Assembly: GCA_965208675.1 (NCBI GenBank)
Contig: OZ242351.1
Location: 3,520,001-3,584,000, forward strand
Direction of reading: 5' to 3'
From: Candidatus Poribacteria bacterium
Lineage (GTDB): Bacteria; Poribacteria; WGA-4E; PCPOR2b
Length of the DNA: 64,000 nucleotides
Positions 47,822 to 56,065 of this stretch are shown piece by piece. A program made the position numbers and the translations under genes. Below the pieces are notes generated by a model that was not told the origin of the DNA, searched no databases, and worked only from the letters and a program-made list of their open reading frames with translations. Position 1 is the first letter of the stretch; every line of letters starts with the position of its first letter.

Positions 47822-49342
47822 ATGCAAAAACCGCATATTAGAATTGCCACCTTAATTTTAATGATTGTGAGTTTTATCGCCTACGTCGCGAAATTTCCTG
47901 CTTTTCCGATCGCGTCGGAAAACCTGCTGCCGTGGTCAGTGTGGTTTTTTATTCTTGCCTTGTCAAATGTTATACTTTGGCAGAGCGTGATAAAACTGCT
48001 GTCATTCTCATTGATGGTCATCTGGTTCTATGCGTTTGCTGCCAGTGTTGTTCCAGATACATCGACTGCCACGGTGGATTTGTCAAGCATTGAGCGAACA
48101 CCGGAGGCATTTGTTGAGGCAGGGGAGATAATTTTTAACGGAAAAGGAAAGTGCAACACCTGCCACACGCTCGATCCGTCCGCGCCAAAAGGCCGCTGTC
48201 CCGATTTATCGGTTATCGGCTCCCAAGCCGGGACGCGCAAACCCGGCGTTTCGGCAAAGGATTATCTAATCGAATCTACGTATGAACCGCATAAATTCCT
48301 CGTCACCGGCTACGGGAACATTATGCCGCCGGTCTGGAAACCGCCAATCAGTTTATCCGAGTTGGAGATTGAAACGGTAATTGCCTTTCTCCAAAATCAG
48401 GGCGGCGAAGTGGACTTGACGCCCTTTGATCCGCCTGTTGATATAGCAAGCGCGGAGGATTTGGTTGAGGAATTGCCGCCCCTCCTCAGCGGCGACGTTG
48501 AGCGCGGCAAACGGGTTTTTGTAGACGGTGCGAAATGTATCGCGTGCCACGCTGTTGCCGGAGTAGAGCAACCTGCCGGTCAAACGCTTGATGACGGCGT
48601 TGAAGTGGTCGCCGCCCCCGATTTGTCAGAGATTGCCGCATTAAACAGTCTCCGGTACATTGAAGAGTCCATCCTGTTACCAAATGCGCTAATTGTGAGC
48701 GGATACGGTTCCGTCACGGTGAAAACCGGTGGCGCATCAATTCAGGGGACGCTCGTATCCCAAGACAACGAGAATATTACCCTGCGGGTGAAAGATGCGG
48801 CAGGCGTTGAAACCGAACAGCAAATACGCTTGAGCGAACTCGATCCGGAACCGATTGAAGCGCTTGCCGATTTGAATGCAAACGGATACTTTTGGATCCA
48901 AGCGGCGCTCGCCGATACCGGAGAAACTATAAGCGGTGACCTTCTAGAAGAGGATGAGGAAAACATTACGCTGCAGGATGGTGGAGAAACGCTGACAGTT
49001 TCTAAATCGAACGTGAAGGTTCAGGCGACCATCATTGATTTTGATGAGAACGTCATCGTCGGGGAGTTGGTGGCGGAAAATGAAGACGAAATTACGTTAA
49101 ATGTTGACGGTGAAGAACAGACGATTGACAAGTTTGATATCGACGAGGGACCAACCTACAGCCGCGCCTTTGGGAAACGACTTTATGTGACCTCCCCGAT
49201 GCCGAACAACTTTCCGCTGTTGCTGTCGGTTGGGGACATGAGCGATCTGCTTGCATACTTATCAACCCTAACGGGCACAGTGGACGCGGCAGTGGCTGAA
49301 GGTGAATCCCAAGACGAAGGCGTGGAAGGAACCGCCGAATAA
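47822..49342 (+). CDS. Membrane diheme cytochrome c with three small beta-domain repeats
   Basis: N-terminal TMs; CNTCH, CIACH; YIEESILLP.A.IVSGY ... SPMP; three G.L..E.EENITL repeats. Confidence 0.88.
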   Translation: MQKPHIRIATLILMIVSFIAYVAKFPAFPIASENLLPWSVWFFILALSNVILWQSVIKLLSFSLMVIWFYAFAASVVPDTSTATVDLSSIERTPEAFVEAGEIIFNGKGKCNTCHTLDPSAPKGRCPDLSVIGSQAGTRKPGVSAKDYLIESTYEPHKFLVTGYGNIMPPVWKPPISLSELEIETVIAFLQNQGGEVDLTPFDPPVDIASAEDLVEELPPLLSGDVERGKRVFVDGAKCIACHAVAGVEQPAGQTLDDGVEVVAAPDLSEIAALNSLRYIEESILLPNALIVSGYGSVTVKTGGASIQGTLVSQDNENITLRVKDAAGVETEQQIRLSELDPEPIEALADLNANGYFWIQAALADTGETISGDLLEEDEENITLQDGGETLTVSKSNVKVQATIIDFDENVIVGELVAENEDEITLNVDGEEQTIDKFDIDEGPTYSRAFGKRLYVTSPMPNNFPLLLSVGDMSDLLAYLSTLTGTVDAAVAEGESQDEGVEGTAE

Positions 49343-49358
49343 GGAGCGTTGAGCCGAT

Positions 49359-50138
49359 ATGCCAAAATTATCGCTTTTCAGCAAATGCGTTATCCTATTT
49401 GCCGTGATTTGGCTATTCTTAGAGTTTTTCATCGGCGGCGTATGGTCCGTACCGCTGCCCGCCAGTATAATCGGTATGTATCTCGGTCTCATTCTATTGG
49501 CGATTCTGGTTCACGTATCCGTTGAAGATGACAGGTTTCGGGAATTTCTGCGCCCCATCAAAGAGACTTTGGCTGATGAAAAAAGAAGGACAAGATGTAC
49601 TGTATTGTTCGTCCTTATCCCGATGGTTATGCTCGTTTTCACCTTTTCAAAGGTATCGACGAAAGCAGAAGCGCCAGCATCGTTACGTACTGCCCATCCA
49701 GCCCCGCCTGATGAACTGACCTACGGTGACAAGGTAATCGGTCCCGTACAAGAGGTGGAGAACCCTTTCCGGCACCTTGAAAAAGACGACAAAGATGCGT
49801 TCCGGGCGCATGCAGAGAATGGACGCCGAGTCTACTATCAAAACTGCTTTTATTGCCACGGCGACGATCTTGACGGTGAAGGGCATTTCGCCCACGGATT
49901 GAACCCGCTGCCTGCCAACTTTCAAGACCCTGGCATCATCCCAAATTTCCAAGAATCATTCTTTTTCTGGCGTATCAGTAAAGGAGGGCCAGGTTTGCCG
50001 CCAGCCGCTACGCCGTGGGACTCCGCCATGCCGGTCTGGGAGGATTACTTGACTGAAGAGGAGATATGGGACGTCATTATCTTTTTGTCGGAATACACCG
50101 GCTATAAGCCGAGGACGTTTGGCGAGGCTGCCCACTAA
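49359..50138 (+). CDS. Membrane monoheme cytochrome c
   Basis: 3 TMs; CFYCH; FWRISKGGPGLP..PWDSAMP. Confidence 0.88.
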   Translation: MPKLSLFSKCVILFAVIWLFLEFFIGGVWSVPLPASIIGMYLGLILLAILVHVSVEDDRFREFLRPIKETLADEKRRTRCTVLFVLIPMVMLVFTFSKVSTKAEAPASLRTAHPAPPDELTYGDKVIGPVQEVENPFRHLEKDDKDAFRAHAENGRRVYYQNCFYCHGDDLDGEGHFAHGLNPLPANFQDPGIIPNFQESFFFWRISKGGPGLPPAATPWDSAMPVWEDYLTEEEIWDVIIFLSEYTGYKPRTFGEAAH

Positions 50139-50168
50139 ACGCTGGTGAAGGGCCAATAAGGTGCTAAA

Positions 50169-50450
50169 ATGCAATTAGTTACGTGCTTGGTAAAAAGAGA
50201 AAGCAATCAATATGTTTCTCTGTGTGTTGAATTAGATGTAGCTTCGTGCGGCAAAACGAAAAGGGAAGCCATTGAAGGGTTAAAAAACGCAATTGAGGCG
50301 TATATCGAGTATATGTCCTCCGAAATGCGTGACAAAGAGATTTACAGGCCAGTTCCTATGCATGAGCTGCGAAATTTCCTTTTCGCAGGAGGTGTGGTGG
50401 AAGACGAACAAGCTGTAAAGGCAATTCCGTTAGAGTTTGAGTATGCCTAG
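50169..50450 (+). CDS. hicB: HicB-like antitoxin
   Basis: YVSLCVELDVASCGKT..EA..LK.AI..Y. Confidence 0.8.
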   Translation: MQLVTCLVKRESNQYVSLCVELDVASCGKTKREAIEGLKNAIEAYIEYMSSEMRDKEIYRPVPMHELRNFLFAGGVVEDEQAVKAIPLEFEYA

Positions 50451-50682
50451 AAATCTGTCGAGTGACGATGTCACTTGGATATTGAGGCAAATCGGAATCA
50501 AGCTTAAAAGACGTGGCAAAGAGGATGTTTATTTTGGACAATCCGGTGGCCAAAATCGCGTTGTGATAATTCCTAGAAATAAAAGGAGTATTCCCGCTGG
50601 AACGTTGAGTTCAATTTGGCGGCAAGCAGGAATAACGAGTAAAATTGCTGATGAAATTTGGAACACGCGCAAAACTAAATAG
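50443..50682 (+). CDS. hicA: HicA-like toxin (atypical, lacks GSH His)
   Basis: MPRNLSSDDV..IL..G....R.G..., VIIP....IPAGTLSSIWRQAGI; overlaps hicB. Confidence 0.75.
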   Translation: MPRNLSSDDVTWILRQIGIKLKRRGKEDVYFGQSGGQNRVVIIPRNKRSIPAGTLSSIWRQAGITSKIADEIWNTRKTK

Positions 50683-50701
50683 AATCGTAATCCCGTAAAA
50701 A

Positions 50702-52432
50702 ATGTACCGACTTTTACTTAATAAATTTCTTACTAAATATATTGCAAGCTTCCTTCTGCTTCCTGTAATCATAACATGTCCGCTGTTTGCACAGGGCAAA
50801 TCTGCCCCCGCTGCTTCCGAGGCGGGAAAATTGCTCTATATAGATAAGTGTGGTCATTGCCACGGAATTGAAGGAGCCGGGGATGGGGATGCCGCTGAAA
50901 ACCTGTTGCCAAGGCCGAGGGATTTCACGTCAGGGCTTTACAAGATTCGCTCTACAGAGAGCGGCAATTTACCAACCGACCAGGACCTATTTGAGGTAAT
51001 CTCAAACGGTATGCCGGGATCGTCTATGCCCGCTTGGAAAGGGCTTCTCAGTGAGGACGAGCGATGGAGCCTCGTCGCCCAAATCAAGACATACTTTGAC
51101 GGTTTTGAAGAGGCGTCGCCGCGAGTAATTGACCTGTCAGGCAAAATACCCTATTCTGAGGAAAGCGTGGCTAAAGGGAAAGAGTTCTATGCCGAACTCG
51201 GGTGCGTCGAATGTCACGGGGTGCTTGGACGGGGAGACGGCACATCCGCGCCAGATCTCACCGACGAATCGGGATTTCGCTCATGGCCCGCGAATATGGA
51301 GCACAGTTGGAACTTCAGGGGCGGTTCAGCGACGGAGGAAATTTTCAAGCGGTTTATAGGCGGAATTGCCGGTTCGCCGATGCCGGCATTCGTGTCCTCA
51401 TTCCGACTCGGTTTAACCGACGCCGAGTCAGCGCGGATAATCGCGCTTGAAGATCAAGACGAAATGACTGAAGAGGAGGAAGCGGAGTATACGCAGTTAG
51501 AGGACAAAGCCTATGAGTATGAAGACATTATGCTCAGAATCGAGGAAGGCGAAGAAATCACACCCGAAGAGCAGAACAAACTCGACGAAGCCATGAAGCC
51601 AATATTTGAGAAGAGTTGGCACTTGGCAAACTATGTCAAATCGCTGGGGCGCGAAGGCCGCCCCCCAGCTGCGGTCGGTGATAAGGTCCTACGCTCCCAA
51701 TATTTTGTCGGTGACCTGCCGGGATTGAATGATGCCGCCTGGAGTGAAATCAAGGAGGCGAGCTACTTCCCACTTGTGGGTCAGGTCGTTATCGAACCGC
51801 GGCAGTTCAACCCTTCAATTGATTCCGTAACCGCCAAGTCTTTCTATAACGATAATGAAGCCGCGTTTCTCTTTGAGTGGGACGATCGGACGAAAACCCT
51901 TCCGCAAGCGGACGATGAGACGGGAGAAACTGTTGAGGACGCCATTGCGATTCAGTTCCCTGTGAAGGTGCCGAAGAGTCCGTCTGATCCCAGACCGTAC
52001 TTTATCTGGGGCGGACGCCGCCCCGTTTACCTCTGGCACTGGAAGGTTTCCGAACCAAACAAAATCACGGAGATGAATGCCAAGGGAATTGATAAAGCCA
52101 CTGTTCAGGCGTCACAAAGCCAGATGCAGGTTGAAGGTGTTTACGAAGACGGACGATACCGCCTGTGGGTTAAGCGAGCGTTGAAGACAGATGACAGGAA
52201 CGACCTTAAGTTTGAACCTGAAATTTTTATACCCATCGCTTTTTCCGCTTGGGACGGAGCCAACGGCGACGTGAAAACGAAGCGAGCCATTTCGACGTGG
52301 TATTCTTTCGTTCTAGATCCTGTTCCTTCAAATAAGCGTTTCGTGTATCCGCCGGTTGTAGCGCTTATCTCCGCCGGATTGCTTTTTGGCTTGAGAAAAA
52401 GCGTAAGAAATCGTGAGAAACTGAATCAATAG
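50702..52432 (+). CDS. Diheme cytochrome c plus ethylbenzene-dehydrogenase gamma (heme b DOMON-like) domain, C-terminal TM
   Basis: CGHCH..PRPRDF..MPGSSMP; CVECH..GSPMP; W.D, DAIAIQFP, W.W, G.Y..RAL, IAFSAWDG..K..STW. Confidence 0.85.
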   Translation: MYRLLLNKFLTKYIASFLLLPVIITCPLFAQGKSAPAASEAGKLLYIDKCGHCHGIEGAGDGDAAENLLPRPRDFTSGLYKIRSTESGNLPTDQDLFEVISNGMPGSSMPAWKGLLSEDERWSLVAQIKTYFDGFEEASPRVIDLSGKIPYSEESVAKGKEFYAELGCVECHGVLGRGDGTSAPDLTDESGFRSWPANMEHSWNFRGGSATEEIFKRFIGGIAGSPMPAFVSSFRLGLTDAESARIIALEDQDEMTEEEEAEYTQLEDKAYEYEDIMLRIEEGEEITPEEQNKLDEAMKPIFEKSWHLANYVKSLGREGRPPAAVGDKVLRSQYFVGDLPGLNDAAWSEIKEASYFPLVGQVVIEPRQFNPSIDSVTAKSFYNDNEAAFLFEWDDRTKTLPQADDETGETVEDAIAIQFPVKVPKSPSDPRPYFIWGGRRPVYLWHWKVSEPNKITEMNAKGIDKATVQASQSQMQVEGVYEDGRYRLWVKRALKTDDRNDLKFEPEIFIPIAFSAWDGANGDVKTKRAISTWYSFVLDPVPSNKRFVYPPVVALISAGLLFGLRKSVRNREKLNQ

Positions 52433-52565
52433 ACTGTGGAAATGGCAACGGGCGGATGTGAACCGCTAATCCCTAGGTAGTTGGCAATTGAGCAATATTA
52501 ACTAGCAAACGCGACCATGCATCGAATAAATTTAAAACAAATCTATAAATAAAAGGAGTTCAATC

Positions 52566-53354
52566 ATGAAAACCCAAGTATTTACAATCCTAACATTAGT
52601 CATCGCGGGAATTTTTGCCGCAAGTGCCGCCGCTGCGGGTGATGATGAAGCCGCCGAGTCGCTTGTGTTCCCCGAAAGTTATGAAGCCGGAAGCGTTTCA
52701 AATGGGGGCACTATCACCGGTACCGTGACGTTTGAGGGTGAAGCCCCCGCAATGAAAAAGCTTGAAATCACGAAGAACCCGGAAGTCTGCGGTGTAACCG
52801 AAAAGTTTGATGAGTCGGTAGTGGTCGGCGAAGGAAACGGTTTGAAAAACGCCATCATTTATCTGATGGATATCTCGTCAGGCGCAGGTTTTCCGAAAGG
52901 CGCAAAGGTCAAACACCAGATTGATCAGAAAGGCTGTCAATTTAACCCGCATGTCAATTTGATTCCGGTGGGGAAGCGATTAACCATGCTCAACCCTGAC
53001 AAAATCATGCACAACGTTCATATTTTTAGCAAAGAGAACCCGCCCTACAACAAATCGCAGCCGGGCAGCAGGAGGAAGATGCCGGTTAAAGCTGTCAAAA
53101 AGGCGGAAGGGCCGGTGGCTGTCAAATGCGATGTGCACGGTTGGATGAAAGCCTGGATCGCTTACATTCCACATCCATACTTTGCCGTCAGCGATGAGAA
53201 CGGGCAATACAAGCTGGAAAACGTGCCGCCGGGAACGTATAAGCTTGGCTATTGGCACGAAGCCTGCGGGACGAATACGGAATCACCCGAGACTGTGACC
53301 GTTGACGCCGGCGGCGCAGCCACAAAAGACTTCGCCCTTTCACTCAAAAACTGA
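52566..53354 (+). CDS. Second secreted cupredoxin-like / carboxypeptidase-regulatory-like protein
   Basis: AAGGAG SD; signal peptide; DQKGCQFNPHV, HNVH, CDVHGWM, VPPGTY..WHE. Confidence 0.82.
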   Translation: MKTQVFTILTLVIAGIFAASAAAAGDDEAAESLVFPESYEAGSVSNGGTITGTVTFEGEAPAMKKLEITKNPEVCGVTEKFDESVVVGEGNGLKNAIIYLMDISSGAGFPKGAKVKHQIDQKGCQFNPHVNLIPVGKRLTMLNPDKIMHNVHIFSKENPPYNKSQPGSRRKMPVKAVKKAEGPVAVKCDVHGWMKAWIAYIPHPYFAVSDENGQYKLENVPPGTYKLGYWHEACGTNTESPETVTVDAGGAATKDFALSLKN

Positions 53355-53444
53355 AGCACCCTATTCGGTTTTGCCATATGGTCGCCGTTTTTGGCGACCT
53401 ATGGAAATCATGGATTTGTGTGGTGATTGCAGGTCATCAAGTGG

Positions 53445-54407
53445 ATGAAAAAAATGCATCCGATTGAAGTCGAGAATCTCCACCACGCTTATGGTGATCG
53501 GCAAGCGCTGGTTGGCGTGACTCTTGATGTGCCGCAAGGTGAAATTTTTGGCGTCCTTGGACCGAATGGCGGCGGCAAAACTACACTTTTTAAGATTCTT
53601 TCGACACTTATCACCGCTAACAACGGAACGGTGCGATTGTTCGGTTATGATCAGACCGACAAACCGCACGAAGTTAGAAAACACTTGGGGGTGGTTTTTC
53701 AGCATCCTAGTTTGGATTTGAAGCTTACGGCGGTTGAAAATCTTCGTCATCACGGGCACCTCTACGGGCTGTGGGGTAAAGCGCTCAATCGAAGAATCCA
53801 AGTTGTGCTTGACCAACTGGGACTTTCCGAGCGCGGGGCAGATTTGGTAGAAGCGCTCTCCGGCGGTTTGCGAAGGCGGGTTGAACTCGCGAAGGCAATC
53901 CTCCATCAACCCAACTTACTGTTGCTTGATGAACCGAGCACCGGCCTCGATCCTGGGATTCGTCAACAGTTTAGATTGCATCTTCAATATCTGCGAGAAC
54001 AGGATGGTACGACCATCGTGCTGACAACCCACATTCTGGATGAAGCCGAGTGGTGCGATCGTGTCGGTATTCTTGATGAGGGTAGGTTGGTTGCCATAGG
54101 AACGCCGGCGGCGTTGAAAGAACAGGTGGGCGCGGACGTTGTCATTATTGATGCGTCGAATCCAGAAACGTTAGCCGAAAGGATCAATCAGCGCTTTGGG
54201 TACGGTTATACCTTGGTTGACCGATCGCTGCGCGTAGAATGCGCTCAAGGGCATGAATTTGCTCGAGACGTTGTCGCTGCGTTTCCGCAAGAGATTCAAT
54301 CGGTGCGATTTGGAAAACCGACGTTAGAAGATGTATTTGTGAAAGCGACCGGGCATCGCTTCGCGGAATCAGCCATCAACGAAAATAGGGATCAACTGAG
54401 CGGATAG
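53445..54407 (+). CDS. ABC-2 type exporter ATP-binding protein
   Basis: GPNGGGKTT, LSGGLRRR, LDEPSTGLD, TTH, PTLEDVF. Confidence 0.93.
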   Translation: MKKMHPIEVENLHHAYGDRQALVGVTLDVPQGEIFGVLGPNGGGKTTLFKILSTLITANNGTVRLFGYDQTDKPHEVRKHLGVVFQHPSLDLKLTAVENLRHHGHLYGLWGKALNRRIQVVLDQLGLSERGADLVEALSGGLRRRVELAKAILHQPNLLLLDEPSTGLDPGIRQQFRLHLQYLREQDGTTIVLTTHILDEAEWCDRVGILDEGRLVAIGTPAALKEQVGADVVIIDASNPETLAERINQRFGYGYTLVDRSLRVECAQGHEFARDVVAAFPQEIQSVRFGKPTLEDVFVKATGHRFAESAINENRDQLSG

Positions 54408-54476
54408 CGAAGGCGATAGTCTTTACCGACATTGGAAACTATCGCACTCACTATCCGTTCGCTTAATCTTACCGTC

Positions 54477-55250
54477 ATGAGAAGACTTTTACTCCCCGTG
54501 ATGACCTTATGGCGGCGTGAGGTCATAAGGTTTATCCGGCAGCGAAGCCGCTTAATCAGTGCATTTGCGCAGCCCTTAGTCTTCTGGCTGCTGTTGGGAG
54601 CGGGATTGGGACAATCGTTTCACCCATCTGGCGCACCAGCGACAACACGATATTTTGAATATTTGTTCGCCGGCATAATTGTGCTGGTACTCTTGTTTAC
54701 CGCAATTTTCGCAACCATTTCGATTGTTCAAGACCGGCGCGAAGGGTTTCTTCAGGGCGTGCTTGTCGCACCGGTTTCAAGGGGTTCTATCGTTCTCGGG
54801 CAAGCGCTTGGCGGTACATCCTTAGCCCTGCTGCAAGGTGTTCTTTTTCTTTGCCTGGCGCCCGTAGTGGGAGTGAGCTTGAGCATCTCCTCCACCGCCG
54901 CAACAATAGGGATAATTGCTTTACTTGCGTTTGGGTTGACAAACCTCGGCTTGATGATTGCTTGGCGAATGGATTCGCCGCAAGGTTTTCACGCGATAAT
55001 GAATTTAATTCTATTTCCAATTTGGATTCTCTCCGGCGCTTTTTTCCCTATTTCCGGAGTACCCGCGTTTTTTGAATGGGTGATGAAACTCAATCCGTTA
55101 ACCTACGGCGTTGCAGCGCTGCGCCGATGTTTGTATTTACATGACGCTGCAGGAGTCGGAGAGATACCTCAACTAACACTGTCTTTGTTAATAACCAGCT
55201 TGTTCTGTATTTTGACCTATGTAGGCGCCGCTCGAACAGCGGCAAGTTAG
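54477..55250 (+). CDS. ABC-2 type exporter permease
   Basis: DRREGFLQGVLVAP, LSGAFFP, NPLTY; about 6 TMs. Confidence 0.9.
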   Translation: MRRLLLPVMTLWRREVIRFIRQRSRLISAFAQPLVFWLLLGAGLGQSFHPSGAPATTRYFEYLFAGIIVLVLLFTAIFATISIVQDRREGFLQGVLVAPVSRGSIVLGQALGGTSLALLQGVLFLCLAPVVGVSLSISSTAATIGIIALLAFGLTNLGLMIAWRMDSPQGFHAIMNLILFPIWILSGAFFPISGVPAFFEWVMKLNPLTYGVAALRRCLYLHDAAGVGEIPQLTLSLLITSLFCILTYVGAARTAAS

Positions 55251-55354
55251 GATCGGGCGAACGAATATTTAGCGCAATAGTCTTCACCGTCGGTTAGAAC
55301 TATTGCCATCGTAATTCACTCGGTTGATCTTATAAATAAAGAAAGGAGATTTTG

Positions 55355-56065
55355 ATGCTTAAATGGCTGAATTTTCCTGAGTGGCTTCCTGAAAACGTAT
55401 CAACCTTCGGTAAAGGGGTTGACAACTTGTTTGTCGCTATTTACTGGATAACTTCAATTGCGTTTCTGGGTGTGATGATTACTTTGATTGTGTTTCTCAT
55501 CAAATACCGCTATCAGGAAGGCCGTAGTGCAGGGTACATCCACGGCAATACGACGCTAGAATATGTGTGGACGATTGCGACCGCTGTAATTGTGTTCGGA
55601 CTCGCGATGTTCAGCCTGCCGCAATGGAACAAGATTAAATTCCCTTCCCAATTTCCCGGGGACCCCGGTGCTGTGGTTCAAGTGAACGGAAAGCAGTTCA
55701 ACTGGGATATGACCTACCCCGGACCTGATGGCGAATGGGAAACTGACGATGACCTGCAACTCGAGAACCAACTTCATGTCCCCGTTAACGAGGTGGTGCA
55801 TATCAGGCTGACGTCGGACGATGTAATTCATAGCTTCTTTGTGCCTCAACTCCGTCTCAAACAGGACGCCCTTCCCGGTAGGTTTATCAACGTTTGGTTC
55901 GAAGCAACGAAGCCCGGCACATATGAGATTCCGTGTGCGGAACTTTGCGGTTTTGGGCATTCCGGGATGCTCGGATACCTTACTGTCCACACGGAAGAAG
56001 ATTACGAAGCGTGGAAGAGTGAGCGGTGGCCAGAACCTGAAACGAAAGGAGTCAACGTAGAATGA
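55355..56065 (+). CDS. coxB: Cytochrome c oxidase subunit II (CuA)
   Basis: 2 TMs, LEYVWT, QFNW, DVIHSF, CAELCGFGHSGM. Confidence 0.96.
   Translation: MLKWLNFPEWLPENVSTFGKGVDNLFVAIYWITSIAFLGVMITLIVFLIKYRYQEGRSAGYIHGNTTLEYVWTIATAVIVFGLAMFSLPQWNKIKFPSQFPGDPGAVVQVNGKQFNWDMTYPGPDGEWETDDDLQLENQLHVPVNEVVHIRLTSDDVIHSFFVPQLRLKQDALPGRFINVWFEATKPGTYEIPCAELCGFGHSGMLGYLTVHTEEDYEAWKSERWPEPETKGVNVE

Noticed and set aside
45986-52432. Evidence for nitrite or manganese oxidation
   Set aside because: No molybdopterin catalytic (NxrA/B) or porin-cytochrome genes are in the window. A shared electron-transport module does not establish lithotrophy.
53445-55250. ABC pair as CcmAB or CydDC
   Set aside because: The sequences fit generic ABC-2 (DrrAB/NodIJ-like) exporters. 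There is no ccmC/E/F and no fused TMD-NBD architecture.
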